Shown here one piece after another: positions 9,516 to 17,304 of a DNA stretch of 38,107 nucleotides (positions are counted from its first letter, which is position 1; every line of letters starts with the position of its first letter). Position numbers and translations under genes: made by a program. The notes beneath the pieces were generated by a model. That model did no database searches, was not told where the DNA came from, and worked only from the letters and a program-made list of their open reading frames with translations. Source of the stretch: an uncultured Thermoproteales archaeon (GTDB lineage Archaea; Thermoproteota; Thermoprotei; Thermofilales; CAYSTQ01); contig CAYSTQ010000001.1 of NCBI GenBank assembly GCA_964433855.1, positions 1-38,107 on the forward strand. The letters run 5' to 3'.

Positions 9516-9652
9516 TTTATACCACCCTGCTTCACACTTCTATGAAGATCGATATAAAGTTTTATGAACGAATGAGGAAGTAACAAGCCTAAATGAACAG
9601 ATTTCTAAAACGGAGGCATAACCCACTGAACTATAGTTTAAGAGAATGATCT

Positions 9653-9767
9653 TGGTGCGGGGGGTGGGATTCGAACCCACGCAGGCCTACGCCACCGGAT
9701 CTCCCAGCTACTATCCTCGTAAGGGATCTTGAGTCCGGCGCCTTTAACCTGGCTCGGCCACCCCCGC
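9653..9767 (-). tRNA. tRNA-Leu(CAA) with a 27-nt intron at canonical position 37/38 and an encoded CCA
   Basis: The reverse complement folds as acceptor GCGGGGG/CCCCCGC, anticodon stem CCGGA/TCCGG, loop CTCAAGA, a long variable arm, and T arm GTGGG-TTCGAAT-CCCAC. The intron is 9701-9727 (ATCCCTTACGAGGATAGTAGCTGGGAG). Confidence 0.9.
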
Positions 9768-9972
9768 GTCTAGATAAATATGGTAGAGACGTTAATTATT
9801 TGTTTCGCACCTTCACGGGACTGCCGACAACAACTCAGGATTATGTAAATGATACCATAGAACTAGCGAAGTTAAGGAAGTCGTAACTTTCATACAGTAT
9901 CGGCAACAGTACAACTGGATAAACGTTTCCCATGAGCGAAAACAGTCAGGAACATGTAACTGGGGACCACAA

Positions 9973-9988
9973 GTTTTCCACTGGAACA
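9973..9988 (-). promoter_or_regulatory. ORB-like (origin recognition box) core element
   Basis: The minus strand reads TGTTCCAGTGGAAAAC, matching the archaeal Orc1/Cdc6 ORB dyad TTCCAnTGGAAA. It lies in the largest non-coding gap of the window. Confidence 0.45.
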
Positions 9989-10186
9989 CATATGTGATAT
10001 AAAATCATAACATACAGTAACATTGATTTAATTTTGAGGAAACTAGTTCCTGAAAACAGAAATTCTATATGCCTCTACGCTTTAAAGAGGCCTACCAAAA
10101 ATGTAATACCGTTAAATAGTAAAGTAATTCAGTTAATCTTCATACTTTTCTATGTTTGAAAAAGTTTAGCAATAATGTTTCAGTGA

Positions 10187-10261
10187 TGCCCCGGCCGGGA
10201 TTTGAACCCGGGTCTTCGGCTCGAAAGGCCGAGATACTTGACCTGGCTATACGACCGGGGC
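10187..10261 (-). tRNA. tRNA-Glu(UUC), no intron, CCA not encoded
   Basis: The reverse complement is GCCCCGG..TCGGC-CTTTCGA-GCCGA..CCGGG-TTCAAAT-CCCGG-CCGGGGC-A, giving anticodon TTC. Confidence 0.9.
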
Positions 10262-10486
10262 CTCTGATAGATGTTTAACAATCCAGTTAATGAATTTTTC
10301 TCGATATTGAATTAAGAACTTATCACCATTACTGGGAATTATTCAAATTGATTACTGGACTAAAAATAATTAAGCTTTCTAAATAATTTTTTGTTGAATC
10401 TATTTTATTACAGACTTTTTATTTAAAAGGAACTTTTTTGAATCAGCAAACTAATAATTTCTGAAGAATCTCAATGGCTGACCACT

Positions 10487-11443
10487 ATGAACACCTTGCG
10501 AATACGTAGAGACGGAGGAATAATGGTTTACCTAAAAAACCACAAAATATTATTTGACCCGATTTCGCTGCCGTCCGTACCTCCTGACGTAGTTTTGGTA
10601 AGCCATGCGCACAGTGATCATGCGCGTCCTTCGGTGCTTAAAAGTTTAAGAAATGTCCCCATAGTTATGAGCGCGGCTACTGAGGAGATCCTGTTTGGTA
10701 GACGTCGAATGCCTAACGTTGTAAATCCCAGTATTGACTGTGTTAACGAGGTAGCTGGTGTTCAATTTGAGGCATATGAAGCCGGACACTGTGTAGGTAG
10801 TTTGCAATTCAGGATTATAGATGATTTAACAGTAGTATATACTGGGGACTTTAATATTAGACCGAGAATAATTCTTAAGCCTGCTCCTATACTTAAAGGC
10901 GATTATTTAGTTATAGATTCGACATATGGCCACCCTAGATATGTCTTTCCTAAACGGGAGAGACTCTACAGAAGCCTACTTGAAGCAACTAAAGTGGGGC
11001 TAGAGGCTCAAGGCTGCGTATGTATAGGGGTTAGAGCTCTAGGAACAGGGCAGGAAGTAACAGCTTTATTAACAATGTCGACGTTAAAGCCTCAAGTATA
11101 CTCTGACCGCAGGATTTACCGGTTAAACAAGATACATAACAAGTACGCTGATCCATTCGATGGGTATCGTAACGAAAATAAATTCAGCGAAGAAGGAGAA
11201 TGGGTCTTAATAACATCTCTTGGGAAGGCATCAAGGCTGAAAATGCCTAAAGTGATCTGTACAGGATGGGCTTTAGATAATCCCTCCATGACCATGCTGC
11301 CCCTCTCAAACCATTCAGACTACAACGAGATAACTAAATATATCAAGGCCAGTGAATGTGAGGCAGTATACCCCTTCTCAGGCGGTAGCCAGGAACTCTA
11401 TGACTATATTCGCTTAGAACTAGGTCTAGAGCTTTTAGTTTAG
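10487..11443 (+). CDS. metallo-beta-lactamase fold hydrolase, short beta-CASP-like
   Basis: HAHSDH zinc motif near the N-terminus and a late LSNHSDYNEITKYIK resembling beta-CASP motif C. Confidence 0.7.
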   Translation: MNTLRIRRDGGIMVYLKNHKILFDPISLPSVPPDVVLVSHAHSDHARPSVLKSLRNVPIVMSAATEEILFGRRRMPNVVNPSIDCVNEVAGVQFEAYEAGHCVGSLQFRIIDDLTVVYTGDFNIRPRIILKPAPILKGDYLVIDSTYGHPRYVFPKRERLYRSLLEATKVGLEAQGCVCIGVRALGTGQEVTALLTMSTLKPQVYSDRRIYRLNKIHNKYADPFDGYRNENKFSEEGEWVLITSLGKASRLKMPKVICTGWALDNPSMTMLPLSNHSDYNEITKYIKASECEAVYPFSGGSQELYDYIRLELGLELLV

Positions 11444-11540
11444 TGAAAGTATTAATCTCTGTTTAAAAACCTCTTTTCTATTTTTAGCTTAGAATTTAGG
11501 TCTATCAGCTTATATAACCCCTATGGTTCAGGTGAAAAAT

Positions 11541-11565
11541 ATTCTTCCGGTAATACCGGAAGAAT
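11541..11565. terminator. hairpin between convergent genes (terminator candidate)
   Basis: ATTCTTCCGGT-AAT-ACCGGAAGAAT is a perfect 11-bp stem. On the minus strand it is flanked by TTTTTT and ATTTTTC just after the fbp stop. Confidence 0.55.
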
Positions 11566-11585
11566 AAAAAAGGTCTTTAAAGTGT

Positions 11586-12686
11586 TTAGTCAGCTGGAGC
11601 AAAACGGTCTTTCAGTTTTTCTAACACGCCTGGCAACGTGGTATACTCCATTTCTTCCATTGGCAATCGGTGCGGCTCGAAGGGGCCATGTCTGCGTACA
11701 TAGTCCGCTACAAGCTGTGCCAGGAACCTTGTATAGTCATACGCTGGATCATCAAACAGATCATTCGGCCCTTCAAGTATACCGTCATGGATCTGGAACC
11801 CTAGCCCAACTACTCTTGGTGGGCCGTCAAACCTGGTACATTTAGCGAATCTTAAAGGCACAGGCATCAACGGGCCGTTGTGGCTACCTCTCATCCAGCC
11901 TTCAACGACATGGGGGAACGCGAAGGCTTCTAAAATCTCGCCGACAGCTGGCAGTCCATGCTGCGCCCTAACTAGGAGAACCGGATCATCCTTACCCACA
12001 TATTTACCTGCTATTAGGTTCAATCTAGTTACGCTTGCTGCTGCTGCTATCAAGTCATCCTTCTTTCTCCAAACTCTTCTTATCACATATCTTTCATATG
12101 AACCTATAAGCGCCAGTAGGTCATAGATCTCCTCGGGAGTGTTCATGACCACAACTTTACCCTCTATTGTATCCATTACTTCGAATTTGAAGCCGCCATG
12201 CATGTTAGGATCTATGACTAGACCCGCGGTATTGAATGGATCAGCGAACATCTTGTAAAGCGGCATATTCCAGGCGGAGGGAGCCGTCTTATCGGCGGCG
12301 AAAACCAGTATTGGCTCGCTCTTCCTTTCCTCAAACTCCATTTCAGCTACGCCCGGCCCCATTCCCCTAACATTGCCACTGAAGGCTTCTGATAGTAAGT
12401 CTTGTCCAGCCCCGTAAAGCTTTAGCGGCTTGCTTACTTTATCAGTCACTTCTACGAAAGTGTCCCAAGCTAGCTTATGTATTTCAGGATTAGACTCGCC
12501 TTTAGTATGCGTCATTAAAAGCTCTAGGTCATCGCCGCAATGAAACACGTAGTAGTCTATTATAAGGCCTGTTTCCTTGGCTTCAGCGAGCTTCTTGTTG
12601 GCCAGCTCTATTTGTTTAGGATGTACAGTGCTGTGGCCAACCCAGCCGCCGATGTCGGCCTTTATCAGGCTTACTGTGATTTTCAT
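11586..12686 (-). CDS. fbp: fructose-1,6-bisphosphate aldolase/phosphatase (class V FBPase)
   Basis: MKITVSLIKADIGGWVGHSTVHP is the hallmark N-terminus, and the 366-aa length is typical. Confidence 0.93.
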   Translation of the reverse strand: MKITVSLIKADIGGWVGHSTVHPKQIELANKKLAEAKETGLIIDYYVFHCGDDLELLMTHTKGESNPEIHKLAWDTFVEVTDKVSKPLKLYGAGQDLLSEAFSGNVRGMGPGVAEMEFEERKSEPILVFAADKTAPSAWNMPLYKMFADPFNTAGLVIDPNMHGGFKFEVMDTIEGKVVVMNTPEEIYDLLALIGSYERYVIRRVWRKKDDLIAAAASVTRLNLIAGKYVGKDDPVLLVRAQHGLPAVGEILEAFAFPHVVEGWMRGSHNGPLMPVPLRFAKCTRFDGPPRVVGLGFQIHDGILEGPNDLFDDPAYDYTRFLAQLVADYVRRHGPFEPHRLPMEEMEYTTLPGVLEKLKDRFAPAD

Positions 12687-12720
12687 TTGGTTTCACCGCA
12701 TCTAAACTTTAAAACAGTTG

Positions 12721-12730
12721 CTTAAATAGT
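12721..12730 (-). promoter_or_regulatory. TATA box candidate for fbp
   Basis: The minus strand reads ACTATTTAAG about 35 nt upstream of the ATG. A GGTGA Shine-Dalgarno site lies 6 nt before the ATG. Confidence 0.4.
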
Positions 12731-12821
12731 TTCCCTATATCTTGGCTTATATACTCCGGTTTATTGCGACTACTTAATAGATGTTAGCAATGCGTTGGTA
12801 TTTTAACAAGTACTTATACCT

Positions 12822-14630
12822 TTAATCCTTCTCACTCTTTTTTGGTATATAATAATATTCTTTTAAAACTTCTTTTTGATATCTATCTAGAAACGACCCC
12901 TCTTTATTTATTCGCGGCCGCCCAGTCTCCAAGTCCCGTCTGAACGATACCCCGACACCTTTAAGGAAAAGATTCATACCGCTTCTAAGACCCATGGGTC
13001 TTGTGGCCTTACCATAAACACCCGGCTGTCCCTCAAAAACCATTACACTGGTCGACATGAAATCTTGCGCAACAACATCATGTTCAACAACAAGCGCCGC
13101 CACCTCCCTCTCCTCAGTAAGCCTTTTAACCAGCTGGGCAACCGTGAACCTCTGCTCAATGTCTAAATAGGCCATGGGCTCGTCAAGCAAATATATGTCA
13201 GCCTCTCTAGACAAACAGGCAGCGACAGCAACCCTTTGCAGCTCGCCACCGCTAAGCTCATCAAGCCTCCTATCCATCAAAGTCTCAAGCGAGAGAGGCC
13301 TTAATATCTCAGATTTAAACCAGGAAGCTGTTAGATCCACTTCAGCAACCTCTTCCAGAAGACTGCTTACGGTGACCGGACTCCTTAATTCGTAGAGAAA
13401 CTGGGGCTTATAGCTTACTTTAAGCCCGCCTCGCATGTTAACGTACCCCTGTTCCGGCATTAACTCACCCGCCAATATCTTCACAAAAGTCGTTTTACCT
13501 ATGCCGTTAGGACCTAAAACGCCGACTACTTCCCCCCTGTGGATTTCTCCTTGTTCAACCTCTAGTTTAAACCCGTTAAGCTCCTTAAGGATGTTTGACC
13601 ACGATACCATAACGTCTTCAGACCTCCACTCTGTCGGCTCAGGTCTAAGATGGAAAATTATGGGTTTCTCCCTGATCCTAGTGTTTTCCTCCCTCAGGTA
13701 TCCGTTCAAATACACGTTTATTCCCACACGAGCCCCGCGTGGCAGGGAAACTACGCCGTATGCACCAGGCTCACCATATATGATATGTATTAAATCTGAG
13801 AGATAGTCCAGCACCGCCAGATCATGCTCAACTATTATAACGTATTTATCGTCTTCGGCAAGAGAAGATATCAGTTTAGCTACTCTGAGTCTTTCACGCA
13901 CATCTAGGTAGCTTGAGGGCTCATCGAAAAGATAGGTGTCGACATCTCTAAGTGCTGCCGCTGCTATAGCTACTTTTTGCAGCTCGCCACCGCTAAGCTC
14001 ATCAAGCCTCCTATTCCAGATCTTATCTAGTAAGAGCTCCTTCTTCACCTTCTCTAAACGGCCAGTTTCATCCACCTTAGAAAGAACCGCTTTAACTGTG
14101 CCTTTTACAACAGCCGGTATCTTATCCACTTCTTGTGGCTTTAGAACAGCTTTAAGTCTACCATTTGCTATTTTTTGGAAGTACGGCTGCAGCTCCGACC
14201 CTCTAAAAAACCTTATTATATCCCCCCAGTCCGGCTCCTGTTGCAGAACCCCCAAGTTGGGCTTAAGCCTACCTGCAAGTATCTTAAGCGCCGTTGACTT
14301 CCCCACGCCGTTCCGACCTATTATACCAACTACTCTGCCGGGCTTAGGCACTGGTAATCTATACAGTTTAAACCCGTTAAGACCATATCTATGAACCGCG
14401 TCCTCCTCAAGTTCCTCTGGAAGATTTATTATTTTTATCGCCTTGAAAGGACACTTCTTAATACATATACCGCATCCAACACATAGATTCTCGGCTATTA
14501 TGGGTCTTCCAGACTCCTCATCCTGCTTTATAGCTTCTTTGCCGGCGCGAACCAAGGGGCAAAACCTTATGCATTCAAGTGTACACTTTTTCGGTTTACA
14601 CAGGGACCTATCAACTATTGCTATACGCAT
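12822..14630 (-). CDS. abce1: ABCE1 / RNase L inhibitor-type ribosome recycling ATPase
   Basis: N-terminal 4Fe-4S ferredoxin motifs (CVGCGICIKKCP), two nucleotide-binding domains (GIIGRNGVGKST, GVLGPNGIGKTT) and two LSGGELQ signatures. Confidence 0.95.
   Translation of the reverse strand: MRIAIVDRSLCKPKKCTLECIRFCPLVRAGKEAIKQDEESGRPIIAENLCVGCGICIKKCPFKAIKIINLPEELEEDAVHRYGLNGFKLYRLPVPKPGRVVGIIGRNGVGKSTALKILAGRLKPNLGVLQQEPDWGDIIRFFRGSELQPYFQKIANGRLKAVLKPQEVDKIPAVVKGTVKAVLSKVDETGRLEKVKKELLLDKIWNRRLDELSGGELQKVAIAAAALRDVDTYLFDEPSSYLDVRERLRVAKLISSLAEDDKYVIIVEHDLAVLDYLSDLIHIIYGEPGAYGVVSLPRGARVGINVYLNGYLREENTRIREKPIIFHLRPEPTEWRSEDVMVSWSNILKELNGFKLEVEQGEIHRGEVVGVLGPNGIGKTTFVKILAGELMPEQGYVNMRGGLKVSYKPQFLYELRSPVTVSSLLEEVAEVDLTASWFKSEILRPLSLETLMDRRLDELSGGELQRVAVAACLSREADIYLLDEPMAYLDIEQRFTVAQLVKRLTEEREVAALVVEHDVVAQDFMSTSVMVFEGQPGVYGKATRPMGLRSGMNLFLKGVGVSFRRDLETGRPRINKEGSFLDRYQKEVLKEYYYIPKKSEKD
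13235..13273. repeat. 39-nt perfect direct repeat, copy 1 (NBD2 signature region of ABCE1)
   Basis: TTTGCAGCTCGCCACCGCTAAGCTCATCAAGCCTCCTAT is identical to 13976-14014. Confidence 0.9.
13976..14014. repeat. 39-nt perfect direct repeat, copy 2 (NBD1 signature region of ABCE1)
   Basis: Identical 39-mer. Both copies encode RRLDELSGGELQ. Confidence 0.9.
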
Positions 14631-14677
14631 ATCTCAGCTACCTCTGTACTTTAAGGAATGCTAGGAAAAAGAAGAAG

Positions 14678-14968
14678 CTAATCTTCCTCAATAGAGGCTT
14701 CTTCCTGAGCCATTTCCTCAAGAAATACCTCGTAGTATTCCTGGAGAAGCTCTTTTTCCTTTTCTCTACGTTCTCTGCTTACCTCACTTGTGGTTTCCAG
14801 CACACTTGTCCTAGGCTTTTTCTCATCAGAGACTATTTGGACCTCCCTGTAAGATAGCTGTTTACCTAAGGCTTTCTTATAGCCACATCTGCGACAGGTC
14901 AGGATTACGCCTTCATCAGTCTTAGACGGGAATAACAAACTACCGCATTTAGGACAGAACTCCACCAT
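14678..14968 (-). CDS. TFS/RpoM-like protein with only the N-terminal zinc ribbon and an acidic C-terminal tail
   Basis: MVEFCPKCGSLLFPSKTDEGVILTCRRCGY parallels the TFS/RPB9 N-ribbon (MKFCPKCGSMM...KCSKCGY). The linker is similar. There is no second CxxC...CxxC ribbon; the protein ends in LLQEYYEVFLEEMAQEEASIEED. Confidence 0.7.
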   Translation of the reverse strand: MVEFCPKCGSLLFPSKTDEGVILTCRRCGYKKALGKQLSYREVQIVSDEKKPRTSVLETTSEVSRERREKEKELLQEYYEVFLEEMAQEEASIEED

Positions 14969-14971
14969 AAA

Positions 14972-15073
14972 CTACCACTCCTCTTCCCAGAGGTCCTCCC
15001 ATTCCTCCTCTTCCCACTCTTCCTCTTCCCACTCTTCAAGTTCTTCCCATTCCTCCTCTTCCTCGAATAGCAT
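14972..15073 (-). CDS. unannotated microprotein, 33 aa, Glu/Trp-rich: MLFEEEEEWEELEEWEEEEWEEEEWEDLWEEEW
   Basis: Translated by hand. It has an ATG start and a GGAGGTGG Shine-Dalgarno site 9 nt upstream. Its TAG stop is followed by TTT and then the ATG of the next gene in the same frame. It falls below the ORF-track length cutoff. Confidence 0.55.
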   Translation of the reverse strand: MLFEEEEEWEELEEWEEEEWEEEEWEDLWEEEW

Positions 15074-15082
15074 GAAGGATTA

Positions 15083-15090
15083 CCACCTCC
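15083..15090 (-). promoter_or_regulatory. Shine-Dalgarno site for the Glu/Trp micro-ORF
   Basis: The minus strand reads GGAGGTGG (consensus complement of the 16S 3' end is GGAGGTGATC), 9 nt before the ATG at 15073. Confidence 0.5.
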
Positions 15091-15347
15091 AGGAATCAGT
15101 TTAAGATTTGGACAGTAAACTTGCCCTTGTCATGCTTATTAATCTAACGCAAGTCGGATAATTTACAAGTTAAATTGAGGGGCGATACTAATATGAATTA
15201 TTTTATATTTAAACACGTTTTCAGATCAGTAACAGTGAACAAGGAGAAAGTTAAACCGTTATGATTGAAACATCGAGGAAAAAGCTCAAATATTTATAGC
15301 CCATCTATCCAGTTAATACCTGAATTTACATGGGGAGGTCCTGAAAA

Positions 15348-16079
15348 ATGAGTAGACCCGAATACGTGGTGGAGACCAGAGATCTACACAAGTACTATTT
15401 CCTGAGAGGGGAGACGGTAAAAGCCTTAAAGGGAATAAATCTAGGCGTTAAGTACGGCGAGTATGTGTCAATACTTGGGCCTTCCGGCTCCGGCAAAACA
15501 ACTCTATTCAACATGATAGGCGGCTTAGACAATCCGACTAAAGGACAGGTCCTGCTAGACGGGAGAGATATTTCCGGCTTAACACCGGCGCAAATGGCCT
15601 GGGTGCGATGCCACAAGATCGGGTACATATTCCAGACATTCAACCTGATACCCATATTGACTGCTTTAGACAACGTGATGCTGCCAATGGTTTTCGCAGG
15701 GATAAAGAGAGGGGACAGAGAGGAGAAGGCCAAGAAGCTTCTGGAGAGAGTAGGGCTTGGAGACAGGTTAAATCACAGGCCTACTGAGCTTAGCGGCGGC
15801 CAGCAGCAGAGGGTGGCTATAGCCAGGGCTTTAGCGAACGACCCGGCCATAATACTTGCCGACGAGCCTACCGGCAACCTGGATCTCAACACGGGCTATA
15901 AAATCGTCCAGCTACTGAGAGAGCTGAACCAGGAGCAAAACGTGACCGTGATAACAGCGACTCATGACCTTAAAATGATAGACGTCAGCGATAGAATCGT
16001 ATGGATAAGAGACGGCTCCATTGAGAGAGTGGAGGAAAGGGTAGGCATAGAGCTAACAGAGGAGGAGCTCGGCATCTAA
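15348..16079 (+). CDS. ABC transporter ATP-binding protein (MacB/LolD-like)
   Basis: GPSGSGKTT Walker [16 protein letters not shown] signature and [11 protein letters not shown] Walker B. A GGAGGT Shine-Dalgarno site precedes the ATG. Confidence 0.9.
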   Translation: MSRPEYVVETRDLHKYYFLRGETVKALKGINLGVKYGEYVSILGPSGSGKTTLFNMIGGLDNPTKGQVLLDGRDISGLTPAQMAWVRCHKIGYIFQTFNLIPILTALDNVMLPMVFAGIKRGDREEKAKKLLERVGLGDRLNHRPTELSGGQQQRVAIARALANDPAIILADEPTGNLDLNTGYKIVQLLRELNQEQNVTVITATHDLKMIDVSDRIVWIRDGSIERVEERVGIELTEEELGI

Positions 16080-16101
16080 GAGAAAGCTAAGGTAGAACAG
16101 G

Positions 16102-16641
16102 TTGACTCTCAGAGACTTTAATCTTATAGTCTCTACCTTTAGAAATAGGGAGAATGATTGTATTTCTGAGTTATGGTATTTTTTGCGGGAATTTGGCGAC
16201 CGTAGAATCGAGGCTTCTCGGACAGGTCTTCCAGGCTTAATAGTTGCAAAAACTTCGCTTAACCCTTTTGAGGTAGTTAAACAGCTAAGAGAACACGTGA
16301 TTGAAAAACCTTGGGATTTACGCTACATATTAAAAATAGTTCCTGTAGCGAGGGTTGTCCCGACGGATTTAGAAAAAATCGCGGCTGCTGCCCTTGAGCA
16401 AGCTTCTAAAATAGGTGAGGATGAAACGTTTAAAGTAGACGTACATATAAGGCTTTCAGAGCTAGGCAAAAAGGAGCTAATAGAGTGCATAGCGCCACGG
16501 ATAGCCCGTAAGGTAAATCTATCTAATCCCGACTGGATCATAAGAATCGATGTGATCGGCGATCTGACAGGCGTCAGTGTTATTAAACCAGAAGATGAAG
16601 TCTCAATAATTAAGCTAAGGAGAATATCTAAGGCGTCTTAA
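16102..16641 (+). CDS. stand-alone THUMP-domain RNA-binding protein (COG1818-like)
   Basis: FNLIVSTFRNRENDCISELWYFL... has the typical archaeal THUMP-only architecture. The start codon is TTG. Confidence 0.65.
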   Translation: MTLRDFNLIVSTFRNRENDCISELWYFLREFGDRRIEASRTGLPGLIVAKTSLNPFEVVKQLREHVIEKPWDLRYILKIVPVARVVPTDLEKIAAAALEQASKIGEDETFKVDVHIRLSELGKKELIECIAPRIARKVNLSNPDWIIRIDVIGDLTGVSVIKPEDEVSIIKLRRISKAS

Positions 16642-16685
16642 GAACACAAAGCCCTTATTTCCTTACTGTGACTTAATGATTCCTT

Positions 16686-17264
16686 CTACTTTTTAATCTT
16701 AGCCTCCAATTCCGCCATTCGTGAAAGAACGCATTTTACCAGTGCTTCCTTTCGATTCATTGCATACGTAGCTTCAAGTTCGCTGGAATCTATTCCGTAT
16801 TTTTCCATTACAAGCCTTTCTTTAATTGAATCGACCTGGAGAAGCCGTCTATCTACGGAAATATTTAGCTGCTCTGTCACTTCGTTTACTGCGGCCTCTA
16901 CACTATGCCTATTCTTAGCAACGACGAGCATTGCAAGTTGCCTAACAGGATTCTTGGGAGCACTTATGCTTATAGCGTCTTTTATCTGACGCTGGCCTGA
17001 AAGTCTTATCAGGATTTCTATTTCTAGCTTTTTACTGATGTTCCTACCTTTCTCAAATGCTGTTAAAGCATTACGGATCGCTAAAAGGCACTGTATATCC
17101 GAAACTATTATGCTTGGATCGACTATGGTTATTGACGTCTCTGTTTTGCTGCTTATTTTTGAGGTGATTTCTAAAATATCTTGTAGGCTTTTAGGGGGCA
17201 AAACCCCCGCCTCTATACCTACCCAGAACTTTTTACTGTTCACAACCACGTGATGAACCGGCAT
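16686..17264 (-). CDS. cgi121: KEOPS complex subunit Cgi121
   Basis: EIEILIRLSGQRQIKDAISI matches the Cgi121 signature (EILVRASGQRQIHEAIKI in M. jannaschii). The start is placed at the internal MPVHHVVV, because the longer ORF to 17354 would overlap the divergent gene. Confidence 0.8.
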   Translation of the reverse strand: MPVHHVVVNSKKFWVGIEAGVLPPKSLQDILEITSKISSKTETSITIVDPSIIVSDIQCLLAIRNALTAFEKGRNISKKLEIEILIRLSGQRQIKDAISISAPKNPVRQLAMLVVAKNRHSVEAAVNEVTEQLNISVDRRLLQVDSIKERLVMEKYGIDSSELEATYAMNRKEALVKCVLSRMAELEAKIKK

Positions 17265-17304
17265 AATAGATAATTTCGTGTTATGCTGAAATATAGTTAG
17301 CGCG

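Noticed and set aside
9785-10180. Short ORFs of 21-23 codons, and possible C/D or tRNA-like elements, in the spacer between the two tRNA genes.
   Set aside because: There are no Shine-Dalgarno or start-site signals, no C/D box pairs at correct spacing, and no T-arm or acceptor complementarity. Only the ORB-like motifs stood out, and these are reported separately.
14975-15066. The pyrimidine-rich plus-strand tract, considered as an H-DNA or triplex-forming element.
   Set aside because: The tract is interrupted by several purines and is not a mirror repeat. The coding explanation (GAA/GAG/TGG codons on the minus strand) accounts for it.
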